A stretch of 64,000 nt of DNA, taken from a virus. Made by a program: the position numbers and the translations under genes. The notes under the pieces are model-generated. The model had not been told where the DNA came from. It worked only from the letters and a program-made list of their open reading frames with translations, and searched no databases. Location of the stretch: IMG/VR virus record IMGVR_UViG_3300042888_000931, positions 26,068 to 90,067 of that record. One strand, written 5' to 3'. The number at the start of each line of letters is the position of its first letter. Within the stretch, counting starts at the first letter, position 1. Below are positions 10,166 through 20,606 of this stretch, piece after piece.

Positions 10166-10489
10166 ATGTCTACAAAAGTTGAAGACAAAGAAGAACTATA
10201 TCTTATCGATGGAACAAAGTTTGAAGTAAGACCACTAAAGATCTCACTTCTAAAGCCATTTATGCAGAAGTTTAATGAGTTGCAGGAAGTGGCAGAAGAT
10301 AACGAAAAGTCAATGAACGTTTTGCTAGATTGTGTGCAGATTGCATTTAAGCAATATCTACCACTAGTAGCAGACAACAGAGAGGCGATTGAGGAAAATC
10401 TAGATCTTCCTACAGTCTATAAGATTATTGATGCAGCGTCAGGTATGAAACTGGCAGATGCAACTGGTCTTCTAAACTCAATCAAATAA
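10166..10489 (+). CDS. tail assembly chaperone, short (G-like) form
   Basis: Own TGGTATAAT promoter and AAGGAGG SD; PLKI..L, KQY.P and NLDLPT.Y shared with the upstream paralog. Confidence 0.65.
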   Translation: MSTKVEDKEELYLIDGTKFEVRPLKISLLKPFMQKFNELQEVAEDNEKSMNVLLDCVQIAFKQYLPLVADNREAIEENLDLPTVYKIIDAASGMKLADATGLLNSIK

Positions 10490-10507
10490 AGAAGAGGGTG
10501 TTAATGA

Positions 10508-13500
10508 GTGGCTGATGTAAACTCAAATATTGGTATTAATTTTGATACCAGAGCAGCCCTCGCATCTCTTCGTAAACTCCAGGCTGGATTAAGCACATTT
10601 AATCAATCCCTGACTCAGGGTAACGTTGCAGCAATGAATGCCCAAAAGGGACTTAATGATTCATTGATGCAGTCTATCAATGCTACTGGCAAGTTTGTTG
10701 CAAGTCAAAAAGAGATAGCAACAAGTACGTCGTCATTCACAAGTGCTCTTGAAAAGAACCAACTCTCTATGCGAGAGTACTTTAGATATACAGCAGCAGC
10801 AGCGACGGCAAACACAAAAACCTTTAAGGGTATGTTTGCCCAAGAGCGTGAGATTATTAACCGTGCTCGTAGAGACAGAGTAAAACTTCTTCAGTCTCAG
10901 TACATACAATTGGGTAATGCCAATGGTGACCTTGTCAAGGTTTTGCAGGTAGTTCCAAAGCACCTACAAATGGCCAATGGCAAGTACGCTGACTATGCAA
11001 CAAGAGTTCAGATGGCTGCACAGCGTCAACAGTTCTTAAATCAGTTATTGAAGCAAGGATCAACAAACCTTCTAAACTTCGGTAAGAATACTCAGTGGGC
11101 AGGCCGTCAGTTGATGGTTGGTTTGACTATTCCTCTTTCCATTCTTGGATCTGCAGCAGCAAAAACATTTATGGAAATGGAAGAGGCAGTCCTCAAGTTT
11201 ACAAGAGTTTATGGAGATATAACAACCTCTGGAGATGCAACAAATAAAGCAGTTGCTAATATTCAAAGACTAGGTAAAGAGTTTACAAAATACGGTATTA
11301 CCGTAAAGGACACAATGGAAATGGCTGCAACTGCAGCAGCAATGGGTATGCAAGGAGATGCTCTAGAAGCCCAAGTAGTTCAAGCAACACGACTTTCTGT
11401 ACTTGGTCAAGTAGAACAGCAGCAAGCACTTGAGACTACAATCTCTTTACAAAATGCTTTTGGTATATCTTCAGAACAACTTGCACAGAAAATCAACTTC
11501 CTCAACGCAGTAGAAAACCAGACTGTTCTTTCTATCGAAGACTTAACGATTGCAATTCCAAAGGCTGGACCAGTTGTAAAGCAACTTGGTGGTGATGTTG
11601 AAGATCTAGCCTTCTTTATGACTGCAATGAAGGAAGGTGGAATTAACGCATCAGAAGGTGCTAACGCACTCAAGTCTGGTCTTGCATCTTTGATTAACCC
11701 TTCAAAAAAGTCAGCAGAATTCATGGCACAACTTGGAATCAACGTAAAGGGAATTGTAAATAATAATGCTGGAGATCTTAAAGGTACAGTAGTTGGTTTT
11801 GCTAGAGCACTTGATACTTTAGATCCACTTAACCGTGCAAGAGCAATTGAGCAGATGTTTGGTAAGTTCCAGTTTGCTCGTCTATCAACATTATTCCAGA
11901 ACGTTACAAAAGACTCTTCTCAAGCAGCAAGGGCATTAGGACTTGCAGGAGCATCAGTTGAAGAGTTAGCAATTCTGTCTGAGCGAGAATTAAAAAGAGT
12001 TGAAGATTCAACAGGGGCTAAATTCAAAAAAGCCATGGAAAATTTAAAGAATGAACTAATACCAGTAGGTAAAGCATTCTTACAAGCAATAACACCAGTC
12101 GTTGAATTTGTTGGAAGACTGCTAGAAAGATTTAATGGTCTCAGTGATGGAACCAAGAAGGTAATAACAATTATGATTGGAGTGCTTGGAGCAATTGCCC
12201 CAGTTGCACTTATGACATTCGGTGTTCTTGTTAACGGTATTGCAAACGTAATTAAGTTCTTTGCCATGTTGCGTGGTGGAATTGCTAAACTTAACGGACA
12301 GAACAATGTTCTTGGTGGAGGGTTTGACTATTTAAGTAATAAGCAGACTGAGTTGCTTGCAGAAACAAATGCTCTTCATACCTCTCACCAGCAATTAATC
12401 TCTACATTCAATGTTGAAAAATCTGCAGTTGATGGTTTGGCAGCATCATACGCTACCGCAGCAAGCCAAGCACGTGCCCTTGCAAGTTCATCACCAGGAC
12501 TGTTTAATTCAGTCCCAGGGGCAGCAGGAGCCGTAGCAGGGCTACCTCCTAAGAAGTTTGCAGAGGGTGGAGTTGTTCCAGGCACAGGAAATAAAGACAC
12601 AGTACCAGCACTACTAACCCCTGGAGAGGTTGTTCTTACAAAGCAGACTGCAAAAGAAAATCCAGAATTAGTTGCAGCACTTCAAAACGGATCTGTTATG
12701 AAGTACAATAACGGAACTGGTAAAAGACAGACCACAGGACAATCATCTAAGGGAGTAGCATTTGATGTTGGCGGACAACAACTTCGTTTAGCAATAAAGC
12801 CAGAATCAGAAAAGAATGTTACAGCAGTAACAAACCTTGTAAAAGCAATGCAAGATGGATCAATGGGTGTTGAAAATGGAGCAGAGGTTCTTCAAGAAGT
12901 CTTTGCAAGATTAGCAAAAGAAGGAAAGGTAAAACTTGAAACCTTCCTTGCAGAATTAAGAATTGTAACAGAAGAAATGAGTGGTGTTACTTTAGCATCT
13001 AATCAAATCAATGACAAAGCAGGATTTACAGGTAAGCAAAAAATTGCAGGTCACTCTCAAGGAGAATCTGAGGGTGGTGGTAGTAGTGTAAGAGATGACA
13101 TGTACGCAGCAGGTCGAGGTGCTGAGTATGAAAGAATGCAGAAAATTGCTAATGAGTCTGGAGACAGAATAGATCAAATACCTGGAATGAAACCACTTCA
13201 AAGGCCAGATGCATCAAAGGGCAAGAAGGGAAATGTTCAGTTAGACAGAGGTCATATTGCTTCTCCTGGTGCAACGGCAAAATCAGTTTCTGAAGGATGG
13301 GACCCAGACTTGTGGGATATCTCAACCCACTCAGAAAATGAACTATCTGAAATGCTTGCACCTAAGCAAAATGAAGACGGCACAGAAAAAGCAAATGCAG
13401 CAAGAGATCTTTATTTTAAAAAATTAGATGAACTTGAAGCAAAAAAAGCAGCAACAACAGAACAAATAAATTCTATAAAAGAAAAAATTCTTGTTAATGG

Positions 13501-16500
13501 AGCATTGAACGAAGAAGAACTTCAGATCCAAGCAGGAGTCCTTCAATCAATGCTGGATGACACAGAGTTTATGGCTAAAGAAACAACAGGAAAGAAAGGC
13601 AATAAAGGAACTGTTGCAACCCCTGGATTTAAAAGAGCAGCAACAGCAACAATTTTTGATGCCGAAGGAAGAGCAAAATATCCTAAAACAGATATTGCAG
13701 ACCAAAGACCTAAAGAAGAGCGTATTGCTTCTGGAATGGCAAAGGTTGAAAAAAGAAAAGGAAAGTTTAATGAAGACGGTGGTGATGGTTTTGTCCCACT
13801 ATCAGAAGCCGAAAAGAAAGCAAGACTTGATTCAATCACAGTTGCTGAAGATGTAGACGCAGACCTTACTGCTGCAGAAAAGAAAGCAGAGACAGCATCA
13901 CCATCAAAAAGAACTAAGCGTCTTGGAAAAGATATTGCAGACGGACTTGCACAAGGATTAGAAGAAGGAACTCCTGGGGTAAAGACAAAGTCTTCACAAC
14001 TTACTGATGCAGCGCTTCCATCAGCAGCAGAAACACAAGGCAAAGTTGACAAGATGGATCTTGCAAACAAAGCATTCTATGATGATATTGATACACCAGA
14101 AATGCGTGATGAAAGACAAGTTCTTAAGTCTCTAGATAGACAAAGAAGAAAGCGTGGTGCTACAGGAACGGTAGATTCAGTTTCATCAACACCAGTAGCA
14201 TCTCAAGCATCACTTCTAAATGCTTCAAAGACTAGCGCAGCAGCAGAAGAGTTAGCGGTAAGCACAGAGCAGGCAGCGACAGCACAAGCACAAGTTGTCC
14301 AGCAGATCAAGGATGAAAGCAGATCAAGAGTTACTGTTAAGGGTAACACCATTAATATTGGTAAGGCTCGTCAAGAAGCAGATAGATTAGACAAAGAAGC
14401 ATCTGAAGCAGAAGCAGCAGCAGCAAAAGTTAGAACTGAAGCAGCAAAGTGGGAAGAGGTTGCAGCCCGTGAAGGTGGCAAGAATATGCACACTGCTGAG
14501 AATGCTAGAGACCTTAAGAAACTGGCAGATGAAGCAGAAATCAGAGCAGCAGAAGCAAGAATAAGAGCAGCAGAAGCAGACATACAGGCAACTCAGTTAG
14601 AAAACGGTACTGAAGCGTCAAATGAAATTATCTCCAATGGAACACAAGAGCAAGGCGATGGCTTAAAGAGAATTGTTGAAGGTACAGAAGACACAGCAGG
14701 ATCAACACTTTTGGTTGCAGACCAAACTGACGAACTTGCAAATGTAACTGGTGATGCCCTTGACGCTCAAACAACAAATACAGAAAACTTAATAACCACT
14801 GGTCAGTTAACAGCAGCAGCAAATAATAACCTTGGAGAAATGCTTCCAGCAATGGATCAAACAGGAGTTGCACAGCAAGACCTTGCAGCATCTTCTGCAA
14901 ACATTGCAACTGTAAATGATCAAATAGAGGCAGAAAAAAGAGAGCAGTTAGCACAACTAAAAGCATATAACGCTCAAGAGGCTGCAAGACAAGCAGCAGA
15001 AAATGGAATTATCCCACCAGGAAGCCAGTCAGGAAACGAAGAATTGGGCAAGAACAGAATGGGATCTGTTGCGGCATATGAAGAAGCATCCACATATACC
15101 AGAGACAAGAATGGTCAAATTATCTTTGATCCAGAACTAGATGCAAATGGAAAGAAGCAACCAACAACTCTTTCAGAAAAGCAAGTTAAAGAAAAGAAAC
15201 GTGGAATGCGTAGAGAAAGGGCTGGCAGGTTTTCTGGAAAAGTTTCAGGCGGATTAGGTACCGCAGCGATGGTTGCTGGTATGGCAGGAGCACCAGCAGC
15301 AGTTACAGGAGGATTAGGAGCAGCAGCAACTGTTTCACAGTTTGCTCCTATGCTTGTAGGAATGACTGGACCTCAAGGAGTTGTCGTAGGTTTGGCAGCC
15401 CTTGCAGCAGGAGCATATGTTTTAAATAAAAAATTAGAAGGAACCGCAATAGCAATTGCAAAGTTTACAAGGTCTACAACTGTTGGTGCTGACCTGCTCA
15501 AAAAGATAGGAGAGCAAACTGGAAAGGTTGGCGCTTCTGAATTAATGAACAAGAAAAGATCTGGAGGGCAACTACAGAATTATAACGAAGCAAATAGAGA
15601 CAGCACCATGGAAGCAACCCAGTTCCTTGAAGGAGATGCAGGTAAGGCTCTTCAAGCAGCATTTGTTTCAAATTCAACAAAAAATGGAACAGAAGTTGCT
15701 GCTCAACAGTTTGCCCTACAACTTGCAGCAGCGATATCTGATGGAACAATTGCTCCAGAATTAGGACAAAAAATTGCATACCAGATGGGAATCAATCTTA
15801 AAGATTCAGTTGCTGCAACAAGAATTAATGTACAGTTAAGAAAACTTATCGGTCCAAATGGAGAAGATCTAGGAAAAGATCCTCTAGAGATTAGAGCAAG
15901 AATTGCACAGCAAGCATCTTCTCTATCTGAAGATTTAGTGAAAAAAATTAACTCAACCGATAGATCAGAAGTTGGTGGCAACAGCAAACTTTCTATGTTC
16001 GGAACACTTGGACTCATCGGAGCAGCATCTGGCTCTGATAAAACAGCAGCACTTGCAGTTGCTGGTTCTTCAGCAATTGAAACAGCACAGGCACAGGCTG
16101 ATGCAATGTCGTTATATTATGATGAGCAACTTAGAGTATTAAGAGCACAAAGAGAAACAACTACAGATAAAGCAAAGCAGTTAGAACTAGACACAAAAAT
16201 TAAAGACATGTTGGCAGAACAAGAAGCAGGAATGACTAGAATGAACTCGGCAGTTCTTGGTCAACTAGCAAGACAGAATGCAATTGCAAAAGATCTAATT
16301 GCTAATGGATCATTAAAGGTTAATGCTAGTAGCGGAGACGATTCAAGTAGGTCCTTCTTCCTTAATGATGGAGCAAGAAGAGAAGATGCATTCTTTGATG
16401 CTCAGAAGGCCGATGTTAAGGCTAAATTCCAGGGAACAGCACAAGAAGCCTCAGCACAAAGAGTATTAAACTTAGGTGCTAGAGCAGACGAAGATACGTC

Positions 16501-19500
16501 TTTCCAAAAAAATTATGATCCAGCAGCAGAAGGAAGCAAGTATGCACAAGGCAAGCAAGCAGGAAGAGCCTTTGAAGCAAAAGTTAATTTCTTGATGCAG
16601 TCTGGACAGATGCAGCCAGAACAAATTGAAACAATGATGAAGATGTTTAGTGGCGATTTGCAAAAAATGGATACTGTCTTGGCTGTTGGAATGAGACTTC
16701 ACGGTGGAGCAAAAATGGGAGAACTTGCCTCTATGCTGACTGGCGTTGATAAGAAAACTGCTAAGACAATTATGCTTAGAATGGCAAGAAAAAATCCAAA
16801 AGAGTTTGATGAAGTTGGAAATGCTATAGCCCTATTGCAAGCATCTGATGGTTTAGAAGTAGACATGGAAGCAGCAATCGAACTTCTTGGTGAAAAAGGT
16901 TTAGCCCAACTAGGTAAAGATCTTGCAGCAATTGAAGCACTGCCAGACCCAATAGAAAAAACAGGAATGATAAAGTTTATAGAAGAAAATCCTGATATGA
17001 ACTTACAAGGTGTAATAGATAATTGGGAGTATTACCAATCTCTTGAGCCAGCAGTCAGAAAAGAAGCAATTCAAACTTACAAAACTTTGTTTGAAACAGC
17101 AACTAACTTTAACACAGTAGCAGAAAGAGATGCATGGGCAAGGATTCAGGCAGAAAATGCAGGACTCTTAGCAGGAGACAAGGGCACAAAAGAATATAAC
17201 GAAAAATATAAAACAACATTTGAGGCTTTAACAATGATAAACGGAAAGCCTGCGACTCTAGAACAGATGCAAATTGTAGGTGCGGACTTTGCACAAGAAG
17301 GAACAGAAGCAAAATACAGAAGCAAGTCTACTGTAGGATCTAAAGATGGAGGGAAAGTTCCAAGCACTGGCGGAGGAGATAAGAAAAACCCTCTAGACTT
17401 CCTTGATTCACTTGCAATGAGAATTAAGAATGTTCGTGATGGAGCATTTGATGCAACAAAGCCATTAGAGTCTATGCTTGCTGCATTTAGTAATCCAAAA
17501 ATAAAGAAGGACATGGATAGTGCATTTAAGGCATTCGATGGTCTTCAGCAAAGAATGATTGGAATGAAGGTTCCAAAAGAATTTAGAGATATGATTGCTG
17601 GCATGTCTTCTGAAGATTTTAAAGACCTTGCAAACCTAACGGGCAAGAAGGCTATCTTTGAATTTGAAAAGGGTAAGCCAAAAACAAAGGCAAACATTAA
17701 GGGCCTTACCGACACTGGCAAAAAGATGATGAAGACATATAACGAGGCTATAGTTGGAGAAGGCAATGTTGTTAATAGAGAAGCAGTAGAGCAAGTTGCC
17801 AACCAAGAAAAAGCGTTTAATATATTAATTTCCGAAGGAGCAACTGCAACAGAAGCATTAGAACATGTTCAGGATGCAGCCCTTGCTGCAGCAATTGCAG
17901 CAGGTGCACTTGGTAAAAAGGGAAGCAAGGAAAGAAAGCAATATCTTGCAGATCTCAAAAAGGCTACTGATGAAACAGAAAGATTTGCTCTTAAACAAAA
18001 AATGATTCAGGCTAACGAAGACTTCAAACTTCTTCAACAAATGCCAAAACTTTCAACAGCGATGAAATCAGCAGGATTTACTGCAGATCAAATGAGCGAG
18101 GTATTGAATGACCCAGCACTTGCAAAGTCTTTAATTGAAGACCTCAAAGATGGAAAGGTTGACTCTAAAGAAATAGCAGACTACCTAAACTCTATTGAGG
18201 CTAGAAAAATGATTGACATTAAGGTAAACTACAACGCTGGAAAATACTCTGATTCCGCCAAGCCAGGAATGGAAATTGTAGATGAGATGTTTGCTGTTCA
18301 AGAACAGATGCTAAGAACAGGTGCTGACCCAAGAACAGAAGGCATGGTTGCACAATTCCAGGCTAACGAAGACCAGTTATTGGCACTAGAAAAAGCAGCA
18401 AAACCAATTAGAAGAGAAATTGAACTGCTTAATCGTGAGATTAGAGATATAGAGCAGGGTATTGAAAAGAACTACACAAGACCAATAGAAGGACTACAGG
18501 AAGAGATTAGCGACTTTGAGCGAACTCTAGAAATAGATCCAAAATTTGGTGATCGTGCAATGGAAGAAATTAACAAGGCAAATGCTAAGATGTCAAATGA
18601 TTCTGCGATTATGGCAAATCAAGCAGAAAAAATTAATGAAGAATATGACAAGCAAGCAGAGGCTCTTGAAAAGGTCGCACAAGTAAATGAAGAAATTACA
18701 AATCAGCAAAAGAGCCAACTTGATATTGCAGGGGCTTTAACTAGCGGAGACATAGCAGCAGCAGCAAGAGCAGCACAAGAGGCCCGTGCACAATCAGCAC
18801 AAAGGTTTGGTACAGCAACAGCAGATGCTTTGCAACAGTCTAGAGAAAATGAAATCAAGAATCTTAGATCTTCGGATGGTTTAACTCAAAAAGAAATTGA
18901 TGAAAAACAATTTGAAAATTCTCAAAAACTTTACAAAATGGAAAACGATCCAGCACGAATTACAATTCTTGAAAATATTAGGAAAAAGCAAGACGAGATT
19001 TATAGACTCGAAGAGTTGCGTGAAGAAGAACTTCTTAAGATTCAGAAAAAAGAAGATGCTATTCTTAAAATACAAAAAGAACAACTCCAACCTTTGGAAG
19101 ATAAGATTGCAGATCTCACATATGCTAATGAAAAGATACAGGAAGAAATAGACCTGCTTGTCAAGGGTATAACAGTTTTGGGCAACACTCAATTAGAGTG
19201 GGACAAGATCAAGGCTAAGATTGATGCCAACGCCCTTGCAAGTAAAAACCTTAATGGTGATCTTGGAGCGTTGCTTGCTTCAACTGCTGCTATAGATGAC
19301 AAGTGGCAATCTATTCTTGACAAGTTGGCAGAATACAATGGCACACCACAAGGCGTTCTTGATGCTCAGGCAGAGGTTGATGGAAGTGCAGAAGATTATG
19401 CAGCCTTTGATTCTTCAGTAGAAGCATTGTCAGCAGCAGAAGAGGCAATGTGGGCAGCAGAAGATGCACTTAACGCAGCAACCGATGCTGGACAATGGGC

Positions 19501-19972
19501 AAAGTTTGCAGAACTTCAAAGAGCACTTGCCGCAGCAAAGGCAAAAGTCGCTGATGCAACTGAGGCATATGACGCTGCTTCAGCGCAAATTAGTGGAAGT
19601 GCTGCAGAAGTAACTCCTGGTGCTGGTGGAGGTGGAGGCTCTACTTCAATGCAAATGATGTCTAAGGGCGGAATGGTAAAGCCAAACTACTTTGCAATGG
19701 GTGGATTTGCAAAGGGTACAGATACAGTGCCAGCAATGCTTACACCAGGAGAATTCATAATGAGCAAGTACGCTGTAGATGCTCACGGTATAAATACATT
19801 GAAGTCAATGAATAGCGGACAACCAGTTGGCGGAGCAGTGTATAATAATACATATACGTTAACAGTAAATGCCAAGACCGATGCAAACCCTAATGAGATT
19901 GCACAGGCAGTTATGTCAACAATTAAAAACGTTGAGGGCAGAAGAGTTAGAGGAGTGTCACTAAATGGCTGA
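10508..19972 (+). CDS. tape measure protein
   Basis: 3154 aa; Ala-rich helical; N-terminal TP901-type TMP core with hydrophobic segment; DTVPA.LTPGE motif twice. Confidence 0.92.
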   Translation: MADVNSNIGINFDTRAALASLRKLQAGLSTFNQSLTQGNVAAMNAQKGLNDSLMQSINATGKFVASQKEIATSTSSFTSALEKNQLSMREYFRYTAAAATANTKTFKGMFAQEREIINRARRDRVKLLQSQYIQLGNANGDLVKVLQVVPKHLQMANGKYADYATRVQMAAQRQQFLNQLLKQGSTNLLNFGKNTQWAGRQLMVGLTIPLSILGSAAAKTFMEMEEAVLKFTRVYGDITTSGDATNKAVANIQRLGKEFTKYGITVKDTMEMAATAAAMGMQGDALEAQVVQATRLSVLGQVEQQQALETTISLQNAFGISSEQLAQKINFLNAVENQTVLSIEDLTIAIPKAGPVVKQLGGDVEDLAFFMTAMKEGGINASEGANALKSGLASLINPSKKSAEFMAQLGINVKGIVNNNAGDLKGTVVGFARALDTLDPLNRARAIEQMFGKFQFARLSTLFQNVTKDSSQAARALGLAGASVEELAILSERELKRVEDSTGAKFKKAMENLKNELIPVGKAFLQAITPVVEFVGRLLERFNGLSDGTKKVITIMIGVLGAIAPVALMTFGVLVNGIANVIKFFAMLRGGIAKLNGQNNVLGGGFDYLSNKQTELLAETNALHTSHQQLISTFNVEKSAVDGLAASYATAASQARALASSSPGLFNSVPGAAGAVAGLPPKKFAEGGVVPGTGNKDTVPALLTPGEVVLTKQTAKENPELVAALQNGSVMKYNNGTGKRQTTGQSSKGVAFDVGGQQLRLAIKPESEKNVTAVTNLVKAMQDGSMGVENGAEVLQEVFARLAKEGKVKLETFLAELRIVTEEMSGVTLASNQINDKAGFTGKQKIAGHSQGESEGGGSSVRDDMYAAGRGAEYERMQKIANESGDRIDQIPGMKPLQRPDASKGKKGNVQLDRGHIASPGATAKSVSEGWDPDLWDISTHSENELSEMLAPKQNEDGTEKANAARDLYFKKLDELEAKKAATTEQINSIKEKILVNGALNEEELQIQAGVLQSMLDDTEFMAKETTGKKGNKGTVATPGFKRAATATIFDAEGRAKYPKTDIADQRPKEERIASGMAKVEKRKGKFNEDGGDGFVPLSEAEKKARLDSITVAEDVDADLTAAEKKAETASPSKRTKRLGKDIADGLAQGLEEGTPGVKTKSSQLTDAALPSAAETQGKVDKMDLANKAFYDDIDTPEMRDERQVLKSLDRQRRKRGATGTVDSVSSTPVASQASLLNASKTSAAAEELAVSTEQAATAQAQVVQQIKDESRSRVTVKGNTINIGKARQEADRLDKEASEAEAAAAKVRTEAAKWEEVAAREGGKNMHTAENARDLKKLADEAEIRAAEARIRAAEADIQATQLENGTEASNEIISNGTQEQGDGLKRIVEGTEDTAGSTLLVADQTDELANVTGDALDAQTTNTENLITTGQLTAAANNNLGEMLPAMDQTGVAQQDLAASSANIATVNDQIEAEKREQLAQLKAYNAQEAARQAAENGIIPPGSQSGNEELGKNRMGSVAAYEEASTYTRDKNGQIIFDPELDANGKKQPTTLSEKQVKEKKRGMRRERAGRFSGKVSGGLGTAAMVAGMAGAPAAVTGGLGAAATVSQFAPMLVGMTGPQGVVVGLAALAAGAYVLNKKLEGTAIAIAKFTRSTTVGADLLKKIGEQTGKVGASELMNKKRSGGQLQNYNEANRDSTMEATQFLEGDAGKALQAAFVSNSTKNGTEVAAQQFALQLAAAISDGTIAPELGQKIAYQMGINLKDSVAATRINVQLRKLIGPNGEDLGKDPLEIRARIAQQASSLSEDLVKKINSTDRSEVGGNSKLSMFGTLGLIGAASGSDKTAALAVAGSSAIETAQAQADAMSLYYDEQLRVLRAQRETTTDKAKQLELDTKIKDMLAEQEAGMTRMNSAVLGQLARQNAIAKDLIANGSLKVNASSGDDSSRSFFLNDGARREDAFFDAQKADVKAKFQGTAQEASAQRVLNLGARADEDTSFQKNYDPAAEGSKYAQGKQAGRAFEAKVNFLMQSGQMQPEQIETMMKMFSGDLQKMDTVLAVGMRLHGGAKMGELASMLTGVDKKTAKTIMLRMARKNPKEFDEVGNAIALLQASDGLEVDMEAAIELLGEKGLAQLGKDLAAIEALPDPIEKTGMIKFIEENPDMNLQGVIDNWEYYQSLEPAVRKEAIQTYKTLFETATNFNTVAERDAWARIQAENAGLLAGDKGTKEYNEKYKTTFEALTMINGKPATLEQMQIVGADFAQEGTEAKYRSKSTVGSKDGGKVPSTGGGDKKNPLDFLDSLAMRIKNVRDGAFDATKPLESMLAAFSNPKIKKDMDSAFKAFDGLQQRMIGMKVPKEFRDMIAGMSSEDFKDLANLTGKKAIFEFEKGKPKTKANIKGLTDTGKKMMKTYNEAIVGEGNVVNREAVEQVANQEKAFNILISEGATATEALEHVQDAALAAAIAAGALGKKGSKERKQYLADLKKATDETERFALKQKMIQANEDFKLLQQMPKLSTAMKSAGFTADQMSEVLNDPALAKSLIEDLKDGKVDSKEIADYLNSIEARKMIDIKVNYNAGKYSDSAKPGMEIVDEMFAVQEQMLRTGADPRTEGMVAQFQANEDQLLALEKAAKPIRREIELLNREIRDIEQGIEKNYTRPIEGLQEEISDFERTLEIDPKFGDRAMEEINKANAKMSNDSAIMANQAEKINEEYDKQAEALEKVAQVNEEITNQQKSQLDIAGALTSGDIAAAARAAQEARAQSAQRFGTATADALQQSRENEIKNLRSSDGLTQKEIDEKQFENSQKLYKMENDPARITILENIRKKQDEIYRLEELREEELLKIQKKEDAILKIQKEQLQPLEDKIADLTYANEKIQEEIDLLVKGITVLGNTQLEWDKIKAKIDANALASKNLNGDLGALLASTAAIDDKWQSILDKLAEYNGTPQGVLDAQAEVDGSAEDYAAFDSSVEALSAAEEAMWAAEDALNAATDAGQWAKFAELQRALAAAKAKVADATEAYDAASAQISGSAAEVTPGAGGGGGSTSMQMMSKGGMVKPNYFAMGGFAKGTDTVPAMLTPGEFIMSKYAVDAHGINTLKSMNSGQPVGGAVYNNTYTLTVNAKTDANPNEIAQAVMSTIKNVEGRRVRGVSLNG

Positions 19973-20606
19973 TGAAGTAATAGACCCAAGAGTCACCTAT
20001 ATGCTAGGTCGTAAAAAGTATAGAAGACCAAGCGGTATGCTGTGGTCAGAAAACACTGGCACCCTACAAAATGGACTCTATGTCCCTAATGGCTATGAGG
20101 TCGGGGCAGATCCAGAAGGAGTTGACGATCCATCACTAGTAGACCAGTTCTTATTAATTACTGATGATAATAGACAGACCCTACAGTTTAAAAATGAAAG
20201 AATTGAAAAGCGTGAAAGAATGATTAATGGTCGAATGAGATCTTATCATATTGCTGACAAACTTACTCTAAGTACCAGTTGGACACTAATTCCATCTAGG
20301 TCTCATGATGATGTTCCAACATTTAATACAGTAACTGGTTTGTCTCCAAACAAATCATACACAACAGATGGAGGAGCAGGTGGTGCCGACATGCTCGAAT
20401 GGTATGACGCACACAAGGGATCTTTTTGGGTATTTCTTGCTTACGATAGAAAGGGTATATTCAAAGGAACTGCAGATCCTTATAACCATCTCCAGCAATA
20501 TAACCAACTAATTGAAATGTTTATTAGCGACTTTTCTTACTCTGTTGAAAAACGAGGAAACAAGTTTGACTACTGGAATGTATCAGTAACCTTGGAAGAA
20601 GTATAA
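19965..20606 (+). CDS. putative distal tail protein
   Basis: Directly after TMP; RERMINGRMR and C-terminal VSVTLEEV. Confidence 0.6.
   Translation: MADEVIDPRVTYMLGRKKYRRPSGMLWSENTGTLQNGLYVPNGYEVGADPEGVDDPSLVDQFLLITDDNRQTLQFKNERIEKRERMINGRMRSYHIADKLTLSTSWTLIPSRSHDDVPTFNTVTGLSPNKSYTTDGGAGGADMLEWYDAHKGSFWVFLAYDRKGIFKGTADPYNHLQQYNQLIEMFISDFSYSVEKRGNKFDYWNVSVTLEEV

Noticed and set aside
9431-10489. Programmed frameshift joining the two tail chaperone ORFs
   Set aside because: ORFs do not overlap; they are 54 nt apart with a promoter and SD between them
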